DNA from: Octopus bimaculoides
Taxonomy: Eukaryota
Direction: 5' to 3'
Assembly: GCF_001194135.2 (NCBI RefSeq)
Contig: NC_068991.1
Location: 72,030,065-72,094,064 of the forward strand
DNA: 64,000 bases
The notes beneath the pieces are model-generated. The model made no database searches. It saw only the letters and a program-made list of their open reading frames with translations, and was not told where the DNA came from. Made by a program: the position numbers and the translations under genes. Positions 13,271-25,894 of the stretch are shown here, in pieces. The first letter of the stretch is position 1, and each line of letters begins with the position of its first letter.

Positions 13271-14143
13271 TATCAGTTGCTAAATATCAGCTATTTTAAA
13301 ATAGATTTTTTTACAATTGGAAAGACAGAAACAAGATCTAAAGTAACCAACAAAATATGATAGTATTTTTAATAATTGTAGTCTCAATATTTTAGTTAAA
13401 AACCTTATTTTAATTTTACAAGTAATCCAGAGAATTTGTTGGTTTGAGGACTCAGTGAAAAAGCTTCCGTATCTGATACGCGACTGATGGTCTCAAACCC
13501 CTAACTCTACTTTGGTGCTAGGTTTAACGTTCTGCCTATTTTCAAGCCACCTCTTGGTCCTTGAGTGACTTTAGTAGAGTTCATTCTGTCATAAGCATTC
13601 AAGCCAAGACCTCTGATCACCTTCCTACCCATATTTTTACATGGTGACGTCCAGGTTGGGTATCAGTGTCTTTCTTACAAGTCTGGGTGGTCCTGAAAAG
13701 CTCAAGGACTGTGATCTTTGCCTTTGGATTAACTTAACCCACCCCATTACAATTAAATGTGATAATCACTACTCAAGATTTAAAAGATAAAGCTGGTCCC
13801 TATAACCAAAAGGCTAGGTTATATTTTTTTAAGATTAGGAGTCAGTTACAGAAGAAAAAAAAAAAAATGACCAAAAATATTCAAGAAAAAACCAAGAAAA
13901 TCAAACCAATGTTCAGAACTTGAGAAAATATAAGAAAAATAACAAAACCATAAATTCATGAAAAGAATCATGAAAAAAAAGCAGAAAAAAAAAAAGCAGG
14001 AATTTTTTTTTTTTTGATTAGAAAAGAAATGATTAATTTATTCCAGAGCAAACTTAATTGAAGAATTGCTTTTGATTTTTCAAACATGACACCATTTAGT
14101 ATATTTGATCACTTTCAGTGTTTTTAGAGTAATCTGAGCTCAC

Positions 14144-14412
14144 CTGCTTTGAAAGTCAGCTCATCTGGAGCTGTTGCACTATAATCATACAGAGCGCGCA
14201 CTGGCACACCTGGTCGGTTATCATCCACCAATGTTGTGTCATCAAGCCAATCATCACTGTCGGGGTCACCAAACGGATTCCTACTATCAGCATCTTTGAT
14301 ATCAGTAGTAGTAGTAGTAGTAGGAGCAGTAATAGAAGAGTAAGGAGGAGGAGCAACATATGTTGAGCTGGAGTATATCGAATCAGGGTTATGATTGTCA
14401 GCAGTTTCAGCA
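14144..14412 (-). CDS. PACSIN: PACSIN exon, distal linker with NPF plus N-terminal half of SH3: AETADNHNPDSIY...SRNPFGDPDSDDWLDD...GVPVRALYDYSATAPDELTFKA(G)
   Basis: Acceptor ctttgcag (14413-14414) and donor CAG|GTGAG (14143). Phase 2 to 1, joins in frame to the 11160 exon. VRALYDY...DELxFKAG is the SH3 signature. Confidence 0.95.
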
Positions 14413-15169
14413 CTGCAAAGTTAACAGAAATAGTCGGTGGTGGAATTGTGGCAACAGGGAGACAAAAAAGAAGCAGGAGTGCAACAAGTTTTAAAAAATG
14501 GAAAGAAGAAGAAAAAAAAAGAAAATATTAATAAAGATTTAAAAAAAAAAAAAACCCTTAAATCTACAGAAAAACACAGGGATTTTCAAAGGAAAACATG
14601 CATATAAAGGATACATAGAAAAAGAAAAAAGGAAAATGGTTGACGAAATCACATGCAAAGCAACATGGAGAAATGACATTAAAATAAATGCAGAAAAAAA
14701 ATTGAAAATACAAACATATAAAGCACACTGATTCTAGTAATAAAACAATATATATACATATATATGTACACACACATGTATATATATATATATATATAGC
14801 TGTGCAATAGAAGGGGATTAGAAGTAATGGTGGTTTCCAGAACTTTCTCTTTTACATTTTTAAAACAATAATGAAGATTTAGACATTATTAACTGTTCAA
14901 ATTATTGAATTCCAATGTTTTTTTTTTTTTCCAGTTTCTAAAACATGAGAGGCGCAAAGCCACAAGTTTGAAGCAGAGAGAAGATTAACTGATTAAATTT
15001 ACACCAGGATTGGATGAAATGTGAAGTTTGACTTTAGTTGGACTTGGATTGAGAATGTAAAGAGCTGTAACTAAATACCACAAGGCATTTTGGACAACAT
15101 TCTAACAACTCTGTCAACCCATTTCAATGATGATGATGATTATGATGATGACAATAATAATAATGATAA

Positions 15170-15560
15170 TCCTTTCTATTATAGGCATAGGGCCTGAAAT
15201 TTGGGGGAAGAGGGCTAGTCAATTAAATTGACCCCAGTGCTTCACTGGTACTTAATTTATTGACCCTGAAAGGATGAAAGGCAAAATTGACCCAATGAGA
15301 TTTGAACTCAGAATGTAAAGAGCCAGGAGAAGTACTGCTTGGCACAATGATGATGATGATGATGATTTCAAATTTTGGCAGAAGTACATCAAGTTTAGGA
15401 GAGGGGACAAGTCAATTACTTGCCTGGAACTTTGTTTTACTGACCCTGAAAGAATGAAGGGGCAAAGTTAAACTCAGTAGGATTTGATCTCAAACTGGAA
15501 AGGCTTGGAACAAAATACTGCAAAACATTTTGCTCAATGCTATACCAATTCTGTCAAACC
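15170..15560 (-). mobile_element. Two tandem SINE family A copies separated by a (GAT)n tract
   Basis: Both contain gaccctgaaag(g/a)atgaa...ggcaaa and the B-box in reverse. Confidence 0.75.
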
Positions 15561-16225
15561 ACATCTATGATAATCGTTTCTAACCAAAGCACAAAGCCTC
15601 AGATTTGGTAGAATTGGTCACCAGTACTTGAACTTAGAATATAAACACCAGAACAAATACCACAAGGTATTTTTTACCCAATGCTTTAACAATTCAATCA
15701 ATTCAGCATCACAATACCAATAATAATATTTTAAAGAAATATTGATTTTGTCTGAAAACAAATATTTTGTCCAATCAAAACAGAAAAAAACGTTTGGTAG
15801 ATGAATCCAAAGTAGGAACAAATGATAGTAAAAATAAAAGAAACAAGTCAATGAAGATTTAGAGTATGACATCAAAATTTTACTTGATGGATTGTGAAAA
15901 ACACCAATAGGGAAAAAATTGGAGCCTTCTCAATCTATACTATCAAGAAAAGACGAATAATATTAAATTTAGAAGAAAATTGAAACTCATTTAATATAAC
16001 ATATTGGTAAGTTGCTGTATTGTAAAATGCAGCATGCCAATAAAATAATAATAATAATAATAATAAAAAGTACAAGAAAAACAGAGAAATATTGAAGCTA
16101 GTAAATTCTTGGAGCCAGAATACTTAAAGAAAAGCTTAGAATAGGAAAGCAAAAAGATAAGTCAACGGATTTGTTCAGGAAAGCATAAAAACTAAGCTGC
16201 ATTCTATTTGTAAACCAATTTTTAA

Positions 16226-16418
16226 TTAACTTTTTGCATTTAAATCCAGCCACATCAGGCCAAAATAGTCACCCTGTTTTATGTTCAAACTGGCCAAATC
16301 TGGCCTCTCACACCTATCCTACAACGTCATTTTAAAACATAAACAATCACATCCTCAATATCTTGAAGCTAGGAGCTACAATACATTTCACAAACTAATC
16401 TGAATGTTTAGGGGTTAA
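16226..16418. mobile_element. piggyBac-like MITE family F
   Basis: TTAA ends with degenerate TIR (ttaactttttgcattt / aatgtttaggggttaa); same internal sequence as the 19269, 36111 and 42098 copies. Confidence 0.7.
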
Positions 16419-17169
16419 TGTCATCATCATCATCAAATGCTAAGAAGCTGCAGAGGGAGAAACACCAGATCAACAAACTAAATGTAGCCTTACAATATAT
16501 GATCTTGATGTCCTACATTCTAAGGTCAAATCTTGATAGTCCAACTTTGCTTTTCATTTCTTTAGGGTCAACAAAGTAAGAAATCTCCAATATGAATTCA
16601 TGTCATTTTCATTACACTATACTTGTTCCTATATATTTTGTGGTCTTGTACCAAATGTATTTATCAATGCTTTCCATAGCAAATTGGTATTGAAAATATC
16701 ATCAAGACCAGGTCAGTGATAATTTTAATTTAAAATTCAAGCCCTAATGTCTGGTGTAGTGGTGAACATTTCAAAAAAACAGTAAATCTCCAGTGAACCT
16801 ATGAACCAGTTTCAAATCCTAGATGAAGCTATTTAGCCACAACTCCAATGAAATCTGAAGCCTTGCACTTAAACAGTGCATCATTTTGGCTTAATGATCT
16901 GTTAAATCTTTTATATCTACCTCATCACCAAATAATGCTTTCTAACGACAAAACAGCTTCCAGTTACTTGCAAGGTTCAGAACTGTTAAAAGCAAACAAA
17001 ACCAAGCCAAAACAAAACCAAAATCCTCTTTCTCTGCAACAGGAAAGTTAATATAATTCTTGTACTGAAAAAGAAAATGCTGATTGAAACAAACAACCTT
17101 TCTAAAATACTTGAGAAGTTTTGCATGTGTGTGTGCGTGCGTGCATGTATATATGTATGTACATATTCT

Positions 17170-17310
17170 GCACGAAGAATTTAAGTGTGCTGCTTGAAAG
17201 CACACTGCTAGTATAGTGAATGGGGAAAGCTTGGCTTGCAATGTTTGCAGCCGTGTATGCTTGTCGAGAGTAGGGCTCATTAGCCACCAACAGAGCCGCA
17301 AATGCAAAAT
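17170..17310 (+). mobile_element. RTE-type LINE 3' end (C-terminal zinc knuckle)
   Basis: Translates as LACNVCSRVCLSRVGLISHQQSR, the C-x2-C...SR(I/V)GLISH motif at the end of RTE ORF2. Confidence 0.75.
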
Positions 17311-19268
17311 ATAAGTTAGTCCTAGAGCGCACAATGTTCCTAAAAGTCAGCAATGGTCTTCCTTGGATATGAGTGGACGGCCATCATGTTGAAATGTAGA
17401 TAAAATAGGAAGGATTTGCGAGAGTCAAAAGCAAATGTAGTTCCAACAAGGAATCTGAAAAAGATGTCGGATTCAGTATATCACAGTACCAAACTTCAGT
17501 AATTTCTTTTGATTAGACACAAACTCAATTCATATGGCAAATGTTATAGGAAACTGAACTGATTCTGGTTTGGTATGGTGGACTCTCATACTGATGAAGA
17601 TTTTGCAACTTTGTGCTGAACAACCTAGACAGATGATTTGTTTTGTAGTGATCAACTGTACGTGGCATACATTAGCTCACTCCCTTCATAAAATTGCCAT
17701 TATCTGTACCACATGTCAGATATCAGTGATCATTGAGCAATGTGAAATGAAGTGTTCTGCTCAAGAGCACAAAGCACCACCTAGTCCCGGAATCAGAATC
17801 ACCATCTTGTGAACACGAGTGCAACAACCTAACCACTAGGCCATGTGCCTTAATAAATGAATATATTTATGTTCACTTTGTAGCCACATGGTTTCAATTT
17901 CATTGTAGGACACCCAGGGCAAGTGTCTTGAAATATAGCTTTGAGCCAACCAATGCCTTGTGAATTGCTAGACATAAACAGTATGGAAACTAGTTTATCT
18001 AAGTACGTATACGTGTGTGCGTGTGCGCAAATGCTGGTGTTTCTTGGCTTCACTAGTCACTGTCTGAATGAAACGGAAATGTAATGTTTACATTTCCCAT
18101 TGACAATACATCCTGTTACTCAGTGTTTTCAAAGACCAGCAGAATAATAATAAAAAAAAAAACAAGCAAACCCAAAAAACACCCTTACTTGAAAGACAAG
18201 TAATGGCTGGTGACAGGGAATGTGTCTAACTGTAATCTACTGTCTTGAATAAACTTCTGTCCAACCCATGCTAGCATGGAGAAAACAGACATAAAAATGA
18301 TCAAATGAGTGTGTGTTTGGTGTAATAGGTCCTTATCTCATTCAATGTTAGACTAATGATTGTAAGAAAAATCCACAAGATACAAGTAATACAACAGTTT
18401 CATTCCATCTGTTGTATGTGTTATATTTACAAGTCAGGTAGAAAAAAAAAATGATTGAATGCTATTAAGAGAAACCAGAAAAATTCCCCTTCCCTGCAAA
18501 ACACAATTTTTTTTCAAAATTCAAATAAGCAGAATTTGTTTAAATTCAAAATCATATCAAATATGTGTTATCAATGATATAGCAAAACATACATGAAAAT
18601 AACCTAAGCCTTAGACCTAAATGAAAAATATTTGCAAGCTTGTTATAAAATACAACAGTAGGCTTTTCAGACAGCTGACAATACAAAGAAGAATTACAAA
18701 GACGAAAAGAAAGGAAGAAAATAAGGAAGATCTAAAGAATCAAAGAGAAACAAAAAAAGTGTTGCATGCAGTTTCAAAAACGAGCTAACAGCAACATGCA
18801 CTGGCTGCAACTGTCATGACATCAGATTGAGGAAAGATAGATTCAAGTTAGACAAACAGATGACAAAAGGAAAAGAAAAATGAAATCAATCGGAGACAAA
18901 TTAATGGTTAAAATTTGGACAGAAAGCAGCTATATAAAATCTTTGGGAATAACAAAAAGGAACCTGCTCTTCATAGCCATTCCTATGCAGATATTTTAGG
19001 TTAATTATTATAAAATGAATTAAGAACTCTTCTAGCCAGAAAATTATTCTTTTCAGTGAAATTTGGAAAAAAAAAAACATAATAGATAATGATAAACATT
19101 GATATTAACCAACTTATCTAAAGAAAGGAAACAGTCCAAATAATCATTTAATATTTTTAAGCAAAGATACTACACTGAATATAAAGTTTATACATAGGAC
19201 AGATAGAATACAAACTGATGAAGAATAAATATAGAGACAGGTGTTTGCCTCCTTCTTTTTGCATTTTC

Positions 19269-19450
19269 TTAACTTTTTGGCATTTAAACGGGCCATATCA
19301 GGTTAAAATATTCTGTCCATTTCAGGTTGAAACTGGCCAGATCTAACTTCTCTCACCTGCCTGACAATGTCATTCTAAACTAAACAATCACATTATTGAA
19401 ACGTCGAAGAGCATAAAGATTTGAAACTAGTCTGAATGTTAAAGGGTTAA
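19269..19450. mobile_element. piggyBac-like MITE family F
   Basis: ttaactttttggcattt ... aatgttaaagggttaa. Confidence 0.75.
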
Positions 19451-19609
19451 GAAAATATATTGTCTGTCTAAACGCTAAGCTTATATACAATGTGTAACAG
19501 TAATTTCAGTGAATTGTAAAAGGAAAGACCATACATTACATATTGCATATGATATGCAAATAGTGAATCTAAGAAAACATTAAAGACGAGCAGCAGTATC
19601 TAGCCTTAC

Positions 19610-19646
19610 CTGGGTTTATAGAAAATGTAAGCAAAAGTCACATAAC
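19610..19646 (-). other. Candidate 37-nt phase 1-2 exon (GYVTFAYIFYKP) or recursive (AG|GT) splice site
   Basis: Consensus donor CAG|GTAAGG at 19610|19609, preceded by pyrimidine-rich cttttgcttacattttctataaacccag; upstream AG at 19647-19648. Confidence 0.35.
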
Positions 19647-19906
19647 CTGTAACATTCTTGAACAGATGAGCCCCTATACAAAACTTAAGGTACCCACATT
19701 CACTGCTAAATATATTAAGATGAAAACCTTAATGAACGAACGTCGTTATTTTGTTAGTCTTTGAGCATAAGTTTGTGTTAATTTAACTGCACAGTGTTAT
19801 AGTTCATGAGTGATGTGGATTTCACCAACGAAAACAGTTAGAGGAAAACAGACCTGAGGGTAAAAAGATTATTGTATAAGCATGATAAGAAATAACATTG
19901 TGTTTT

Positions 19907-19963
<57 letters not shown>

Positions 19964-20002
19964 TGCATATGCTCTTAAATTAATTAGCTACAACCAGATT
20001 TG

Positions 20003-20043
<41 letters not shown>
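19907..20043. repeat. Two (AT)n microsatellites
   Basis: Direct observation. Other AT/AC tracts at about 10250-10500, 33110-33157, 44146-44235, 44740-44790, 52096-52120 and 60740-60790. Confidence 0.9.
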
Positions 20044-20053
<10 letters not shown>

Positions 20054-20315
20054 CTTTCCCCACCTCCCAGCACAAATTCATAAATAACAGTCAGAAGCAA
20101 ATCCATTAGAGAAAGTACAATGGAAATAAGGACACGTGGTAATCCTGTTGTGATTGTAGGTAAAAAGCAGGGGGGGCGAGTCTTGGTTTGTACTGATGTC
20201 GTTTGTTTGCAAGGTCAGATCTGGAGCGGTGCAAATGGACAGCTGATACAGGTTTACAACAACGGGAAGTTAACTAACTGCCTGGGGGTGTAGGATAGTA
20301 CCTACCTGGTAGAGA

Positions 20316-21132
20316 TCAATCAGAGAAATCAGATAAGGACTCAGTTTCAACACTGCGATAATAACCCTCAATCGACTGATCTGTGTTGGATCTGTTCAAA
20401 ACTCCATAGTCAGTCGATCCTTTTCGGCTACCTGTATATGGAGAAGGTTGATTCATAGGGCTCCTATTATTGTTCAGGTTCTTATTTGGAGTGCCTATAT
20501 TTCTGTTGCCACCAATTCCTTTGTTACCTCCAGCAGGCTTCCCAAGTATCATATCTCGAATTTCTTGGTCAAAGTTATCAGGTATTCCTCTATACTGGTT
20601 CTTTCTGATTGGGACTGGCGATGGAGAGCTAGGTCTCCTCTCTTCTATGTGAATTGCAGGTGCGTTTTGATTCATCAGGGGTCTCATCATTGGGTTAAGT
20701 GGACCCTGAGGCTGTGGGGTCATGCTACCACGTCGATTTGCTGGACTTAATTTTGGCTCATTTATTACTGGTGGTCGTATACCAGGTGGACCCATACCAG
20801 GTGGACCCATACCAGGTGGGCCCATACCGGGTGGACCCATACCAGGTGGTCCCATTCCGGGTGGTCCCATTCCGGGTGGGCCCATGCCAGGTGGACCCAT
20901 GCCGGGTGGACCCATACCAGGTGGACCCATGCCAAGTGGTCTCATGCCAGCTGGACCCATGCCAGGTGGTCTCATGCCACGGGGACTTGAAAGGTGGGAA
21001 CGTGGATCCATTCCATATTTAGCTGGTCCAGCACCACATCCTTGAGGCCCTAAAGGTCCCATACCTGGAGGTGACTGAGTAGTTGGGTTGATTTTTATGC
21101 CAGTGTTCAAAGGTCCTTTCTGCCTGGGTGAG
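20316..21132 (-). CDS. PACSIN: Large Pro/Gly/Met-rich PACSIN exon (SPRQKGPLNTG...(GMGPP)n...ETESLSDFSD*) ending in TGA
   Basis: Long pyrimidine tract tccttctttgttccttcctctatttaccttaatag at 21133+. The phase-2 entry coincides with the reading frame of the 306-aa ORF (about 270 open codons); synonymous variation among the repeat units. Confidence 0.75.
20770..20979 (-). repeat. Coding 15-bp tandem repeat, 14 units (10 GMGPP plus 4 variant units)
   Basis: Plus-strand unit ggtggacccat(a/g/t)cc(a/g), repeated. Confidence 0.95.
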
Positions 21133-21683
21133 CTATTAAGGTAAATAGAGGAAGGAACAAAGAAGGACTTAGAAAGCTTGAAAAACATCATTGCTATGAT
21201 TGGATATAAAAATTCAATTTCATGTAAAACTAACAATTGCTATTTATTTTAATCATAACCTACACAATCCTGTAAATTATTAAGTGATCCAGATAAGAAT
21301 CATTTAATAATCTATTGGCTGTAACAAACAACCTGAAGAAAGTCTGTTAGTGTTGTGTAAGCTTAAAGATCAGCTCCTTGTAAAATAAGAATGGGTTAAA
21401 TTAAAAAACTTTTCTTCTTCTTTGCACTAAGCTAGCAAATCATACCCCCTCCCCGCCACCACTTCAGAAGCACTAAAACTGAAGAGCTAAGAAGAAAAAT
21501 TCTAATAATTTAATTTATTATTTTTTCTTTTAAGTTAAGACCCGTCTAATCTATAATGGCAAAAGTCTGCATAGGAAGAGGTATGTTGTTGACAGGAACT
21601 ATCATTTCATGCCAAGATGCAGTAAATAAAATGTTTTTTTAGTAATTTAAATTATAGACACTGAACTGCAAACCTATCATTAC

Positions 21684-21791
21684 TTTTTCTTTTGAGATGC
21701 ATCTTTCACCAAGTGTTTAGCATCACTATGTATATCTTCGTCGTCAGATTCCTCTCCAAAAGGATTGAGACTTTCATCGTAGCTCTCATGC
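21684..21791 (-). CDS. PACSIN: PACSIN linker cassette exon with NPF: HESYDESLNPFGEESDDEDIHSDAKHLVKDASQKK
   Basis: Acceptor cttttatag, donor AA|GTAATG; 108 nt, symmetric phase 2-2; NPF followed by an acidic cluster, typical of PACSIN linkers. Confidence 0.85.
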
Positions 21792-24700
21792 CTATAAAAG
21801 GTACAGGAGCTATGAAACTGTTCAAATTCAATGAAGTTGAGAGCTAAAAGTGTTGTATTTTTTATTTTTGGAGGGAAGGGAATGTGGAGCCAAAGTAAAA
21901 CTGAACACACACACACACACATACACGTACACACGCCATTCCATGCATTTTAAGATAAATTATTAGATCTAAAAAAAAAAACAAGAATGTTTTTAAAAGT
22001 GGATGTTAGGTTTCTTTGAGAGGATATTTTTCTGATAGGTATGGGCAATAAATATGAGAGAATTAATAAAACAAAAACAACAAACGTGAAAAAGAAAAAG
22101 GCAAGAAAATAGCGCCTCGTGTGTTTGAAAAAAAGCTCACCAAAATTTCAATTTGTTTACAGAATCAATAGTTATTAAACAAATAAACAGATATTAGATT
22201 GCTTTTGCAAGAGGAAACACATAAACACGCAAAAAAATACAATAATAAAATTGGAAGAAAAAAAATAGAGATATCAATAAACAATATCAAATACATGTGT
22301 TGTTTATCAAATTCATACAAATAGAAACAGTTTAGTATGAGGTATTTGTTGGAACCTGAAATATATTTCGTATGAATGCTGAAAATAAAATGAAATTATT
22401 AAAGAAAAAAAAAAGGCGCAAGAAACTGCAAGTTCAATCAGGACGCTCAACTGATTAGACAAAATAACAATTTTCCCCTTAGATTAAACCATTATTCTCA
22501 TTTTTTTATCCTTCCTAATACACGAAAATTAGTTGTAAATCAACATTTGATCTAAAAACATCTTTGCACTAAAGTTAACTCCCATCCTATACACATACAT
22601 ACACACACAAAAGCAATGTTAGACTCCTCATTTAATGGCGACTGCAAATTGAAGAAAAACCCCCCAGAAAACTCATAAAATGAAGGGTTGGACAAAATCC
22701 TTAGCTGTTCCCACTTAATGGAAACAATCTTATTGCTACTGTAAATTAATATTAAACTAGATCAATCCCGTCTTGCAGATATCGATAAACTCACCATTTT
22801 CAATAACTCTCTTCTAAACCTTAGAGTACATTGTCTGTTTATACTGGTTTTTTGTTTTGTTATTTTTGTCCCTAAGCAGGAAAACTTATTTCCTACCTTT
22901 ATATTGGAAGTGGGAAGAGGGGTAAAATTTTGATTGAATATTACTTAAACTTTCTGATATCAAATCACCAGAGAAGCTCCCCTGGTTCTACAATACAAAC
23001 TTCATTGTTAAAAATTATCCAAAAAGCTTTCATTAACGTTAACTTTTGTTCCAAACACCAATAACAATCATTTCACTAAATTCCTTATTATTTTCAAAAT
23101 TAATTGAAACAAAGGCAGAATATAGCAAGAAAAGTGTTAATTTATAATTCTGAAAAACGGTCAGTATTTCTGCTTTGTTAGTTTATTATTAATTCAAGAG
23201 TTTTTGTCTTGCGAACAACTTGATGACCTCATTAGTGTCAGTGAAAAAGTACAGAGTACATTCTGTAAAGTGGTTGGTGTCAGGAAGGGCTTCTAACCAA
23301 AGAAGCAATTCCAAAACAGACATTAGACCTGTTGGATCATGCCAAAGCATCTAACCCATACCAGCATGGAATACAGATGCTAAATGATGATGAATGATTC
23401 TGTGTATAATCTAATTATTCCAGAAATCTTAATCTAACTGCTTACCTTAATCCTCCACCATCTTTCATTATGTGTGACAATATAAGGAAAAACATATCCA
23501 ACACTTACGCAACATTTTTTCTTTCTTTCCATATTTAATTTGCATTCACAAATCTGTTTCTAAACAATTATCATTGATCACAAATACATTATTTACAAAA
23601 GTCTCTATTCTAAGATGGATGGCCTTAATCAGCACAGGACATTCATACTTCAGGCCAAGTGCAAAAGGATCTTAAGATATTTTCCAAAAGAACATTGATT
23701 TATACTACAGAAATAAAGATCATTCCATGCCTACATTTCCAATTTGGCACAGATTAAGGAGATATTTTTAACAACCATTTTCCAATATATCCAATTGCTC
23801 ATTTAGATCTAGCTCTCAGGTCAACTATAAATATTTCACTTCAAAATTAAACTGCGTATTCTTGACCACTATCTTAGATTTTTCATATGATGCTACTATC
23901 AAGGCAGTATTGATCCACATTGATGGGTATAATTTATTTAAAGGCTGCAGGTAATAAAATAGATAAACAGCTTAGCTATAAATCGACTTGCTACTGGTCC
24001 TGTTATGGCAAAATGGAGTTATAAAGTGTGTGTGTGCACACACACACACAAAATGAACTTTACAAAATTTGAATTAAATCTTTAAATTATTAAAGGCAGA
24101 TACATTTTACTATTTGTAGATGGTGTAAAACATCAAATCGTTTTTGACAGACTGACATACTAAAAGATTTCATTATTAGTTTTTACCGTTTTATTCAATG
24201 TGTTATTTAACACTTTCGATATGTCCCCTAATTTATATGATACGCCCTTCCCATTTTATGTGATCTAAATTAGAACTTCCTGTCCAAACATCATATCAAT
24301 TTATTTTGCAAACACTAGCTTTGTACTGACCACATTATTTCACTAAATTTTTCATTATTTTCAAAATGAATTAAAGCAAAGGCAATGTTCCTCAACAGAA
24401 ATACTAATAACAAAGAGATAACCACATTAATTAGAATTTCTTTAATCAGTTGTCATTAAAATTTGAAGAAATCTGTTGAATAGCTATAAATTACTGGCAT
24501 TTCCCCCCTCATAGAATAGACATAATAGGAGAAAAATAAATTGAATAAATCAAACTAAAACTGTTTCAATATTTCAAAGTTGATATCAAATAACCTCAGA
24601 CATTCATTCAAATGATCTATTCTAAAGGAAGGGGCCTCTTAGACTCTAACATAAGGGTCCATCACAGACTGTGACACTAATGGAGACTTTACAAACTATC

Positions 24701-25810
24701 AGCTGTTGGTCAGCGAAACACAGAAATGAAATTAATAAATTGAATATAAATATATTTTGTTGTATGTTGGGAGGGTCATTGTGCCAGAAAAGACTCTACC
24801 CCGAGATACAACAAAATCTCTTTCAACACACAAGTTCACATCAAGAATCTTGCAAACCAAATATAAACAAAACATCAACATGGTTAAATAGAAAATTGAG
24901 GGAGAATATGCAAAATAAATTTTGAAACAAACACAAATTGGAAAAAAAATATGTCAGGCAAAAAGTAAAATGCTTTTTCTTCCCCCTCTCCCTTTTTCTC
25001 TCTCTCTCTTTCTCTCTCACAGAACTGTTTTGTCTAACCATTATATCTGTCTATCTAGCTACGAGTTTTCAAATCAAGTGGAATTTAAAATAATAAAGGG
25101 GCTTTCAATAATATTGTAATTGAGGGGCTGCATAAAGATACTCAATATTCATCCTTTTAAATACTCTTTTATTAGTTTCAGTCAACAGACTGCAGTCATG
25201 CCAGGGCATTAGTAAACCATATCAAGCCCCGAAGCTTACTTCAATCTGGTACTTATTTTACCGATCCCGATTTAGTGACTGCCATAAAGGGATGCATCTT
25301 GATACACCATTTTATAAGGATATAGACAAACACAGACACATACTCTCACATAAGATGGGCTCCTACACAGTTTCCACCAACCAAATTTCACTCATAAGTG
25401 TATTGGTCAACTCTAGTCTACAGGAGAAGAAATTTGCTCAAGGTACCACACAGTAGGATTGATTCCCAAAACCACATGATCGCAGTGTAAACGTCTTAAC
25501 CACATGACTATGCTTGTACCTATAATTACTATGGCTAAATTATATTTGAATTTACAATAAGTAAATTTCTTCTCTGAAAAAGGAGAATAAATTACATTGG
25601 CAAATAACAATTTCTGATGACCTTTTAACTTGACAAAACATTTTGCTAATATTTCAACAATCACAGATACATAACCATTCACCATATCTAAAGGAATAAA
25701 AAGCATTTTATTTTTTGAGAGTGACAAAATCTTTTTATCAATTTGATTCACAATAGTTTAAAAAAACAAAACTGAATTATAGTAAAAAAACATTTTGCAA
25801 AAATTATTCA

Positions 25811-25849
<39 letters not shown>

Positions 25850-25894
25850 AAACTTGTCTAAAAAGAAACCAGACTCTTAAGACCGCACAACCAC

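Noticed and set aside
14156-14413. ORF-track protein MLKLLTII... with a poly-Leu, signal- or TM-like stretch
   Set aside because: Wrong frame; the splice-defined frame encodes the NPF/SH3 exon.
20448-21045. Plus-strand ORFs (GGPIP)n and (VDPYQ)n
   Set aside because: Antisense shadows of the 15-bp coding repeat; only the minus frame has splice signals and long unique open flanks.
22795-22871. Possible exon with strong donor ATG|GTGAGT
   Set aside because: All candidate acceptors give lengths that are not multiples of 3 (19, 25, 40, 49, 77 nt), and the best acceptor has a stop in the expected phase; not separable from a chance donor.
23509-23559. Possible 51- or 45-nt exon with donor GC|GTAAGT
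   Set aside because: Stop in the phase-2 frame and a poor pyrimidine tract.
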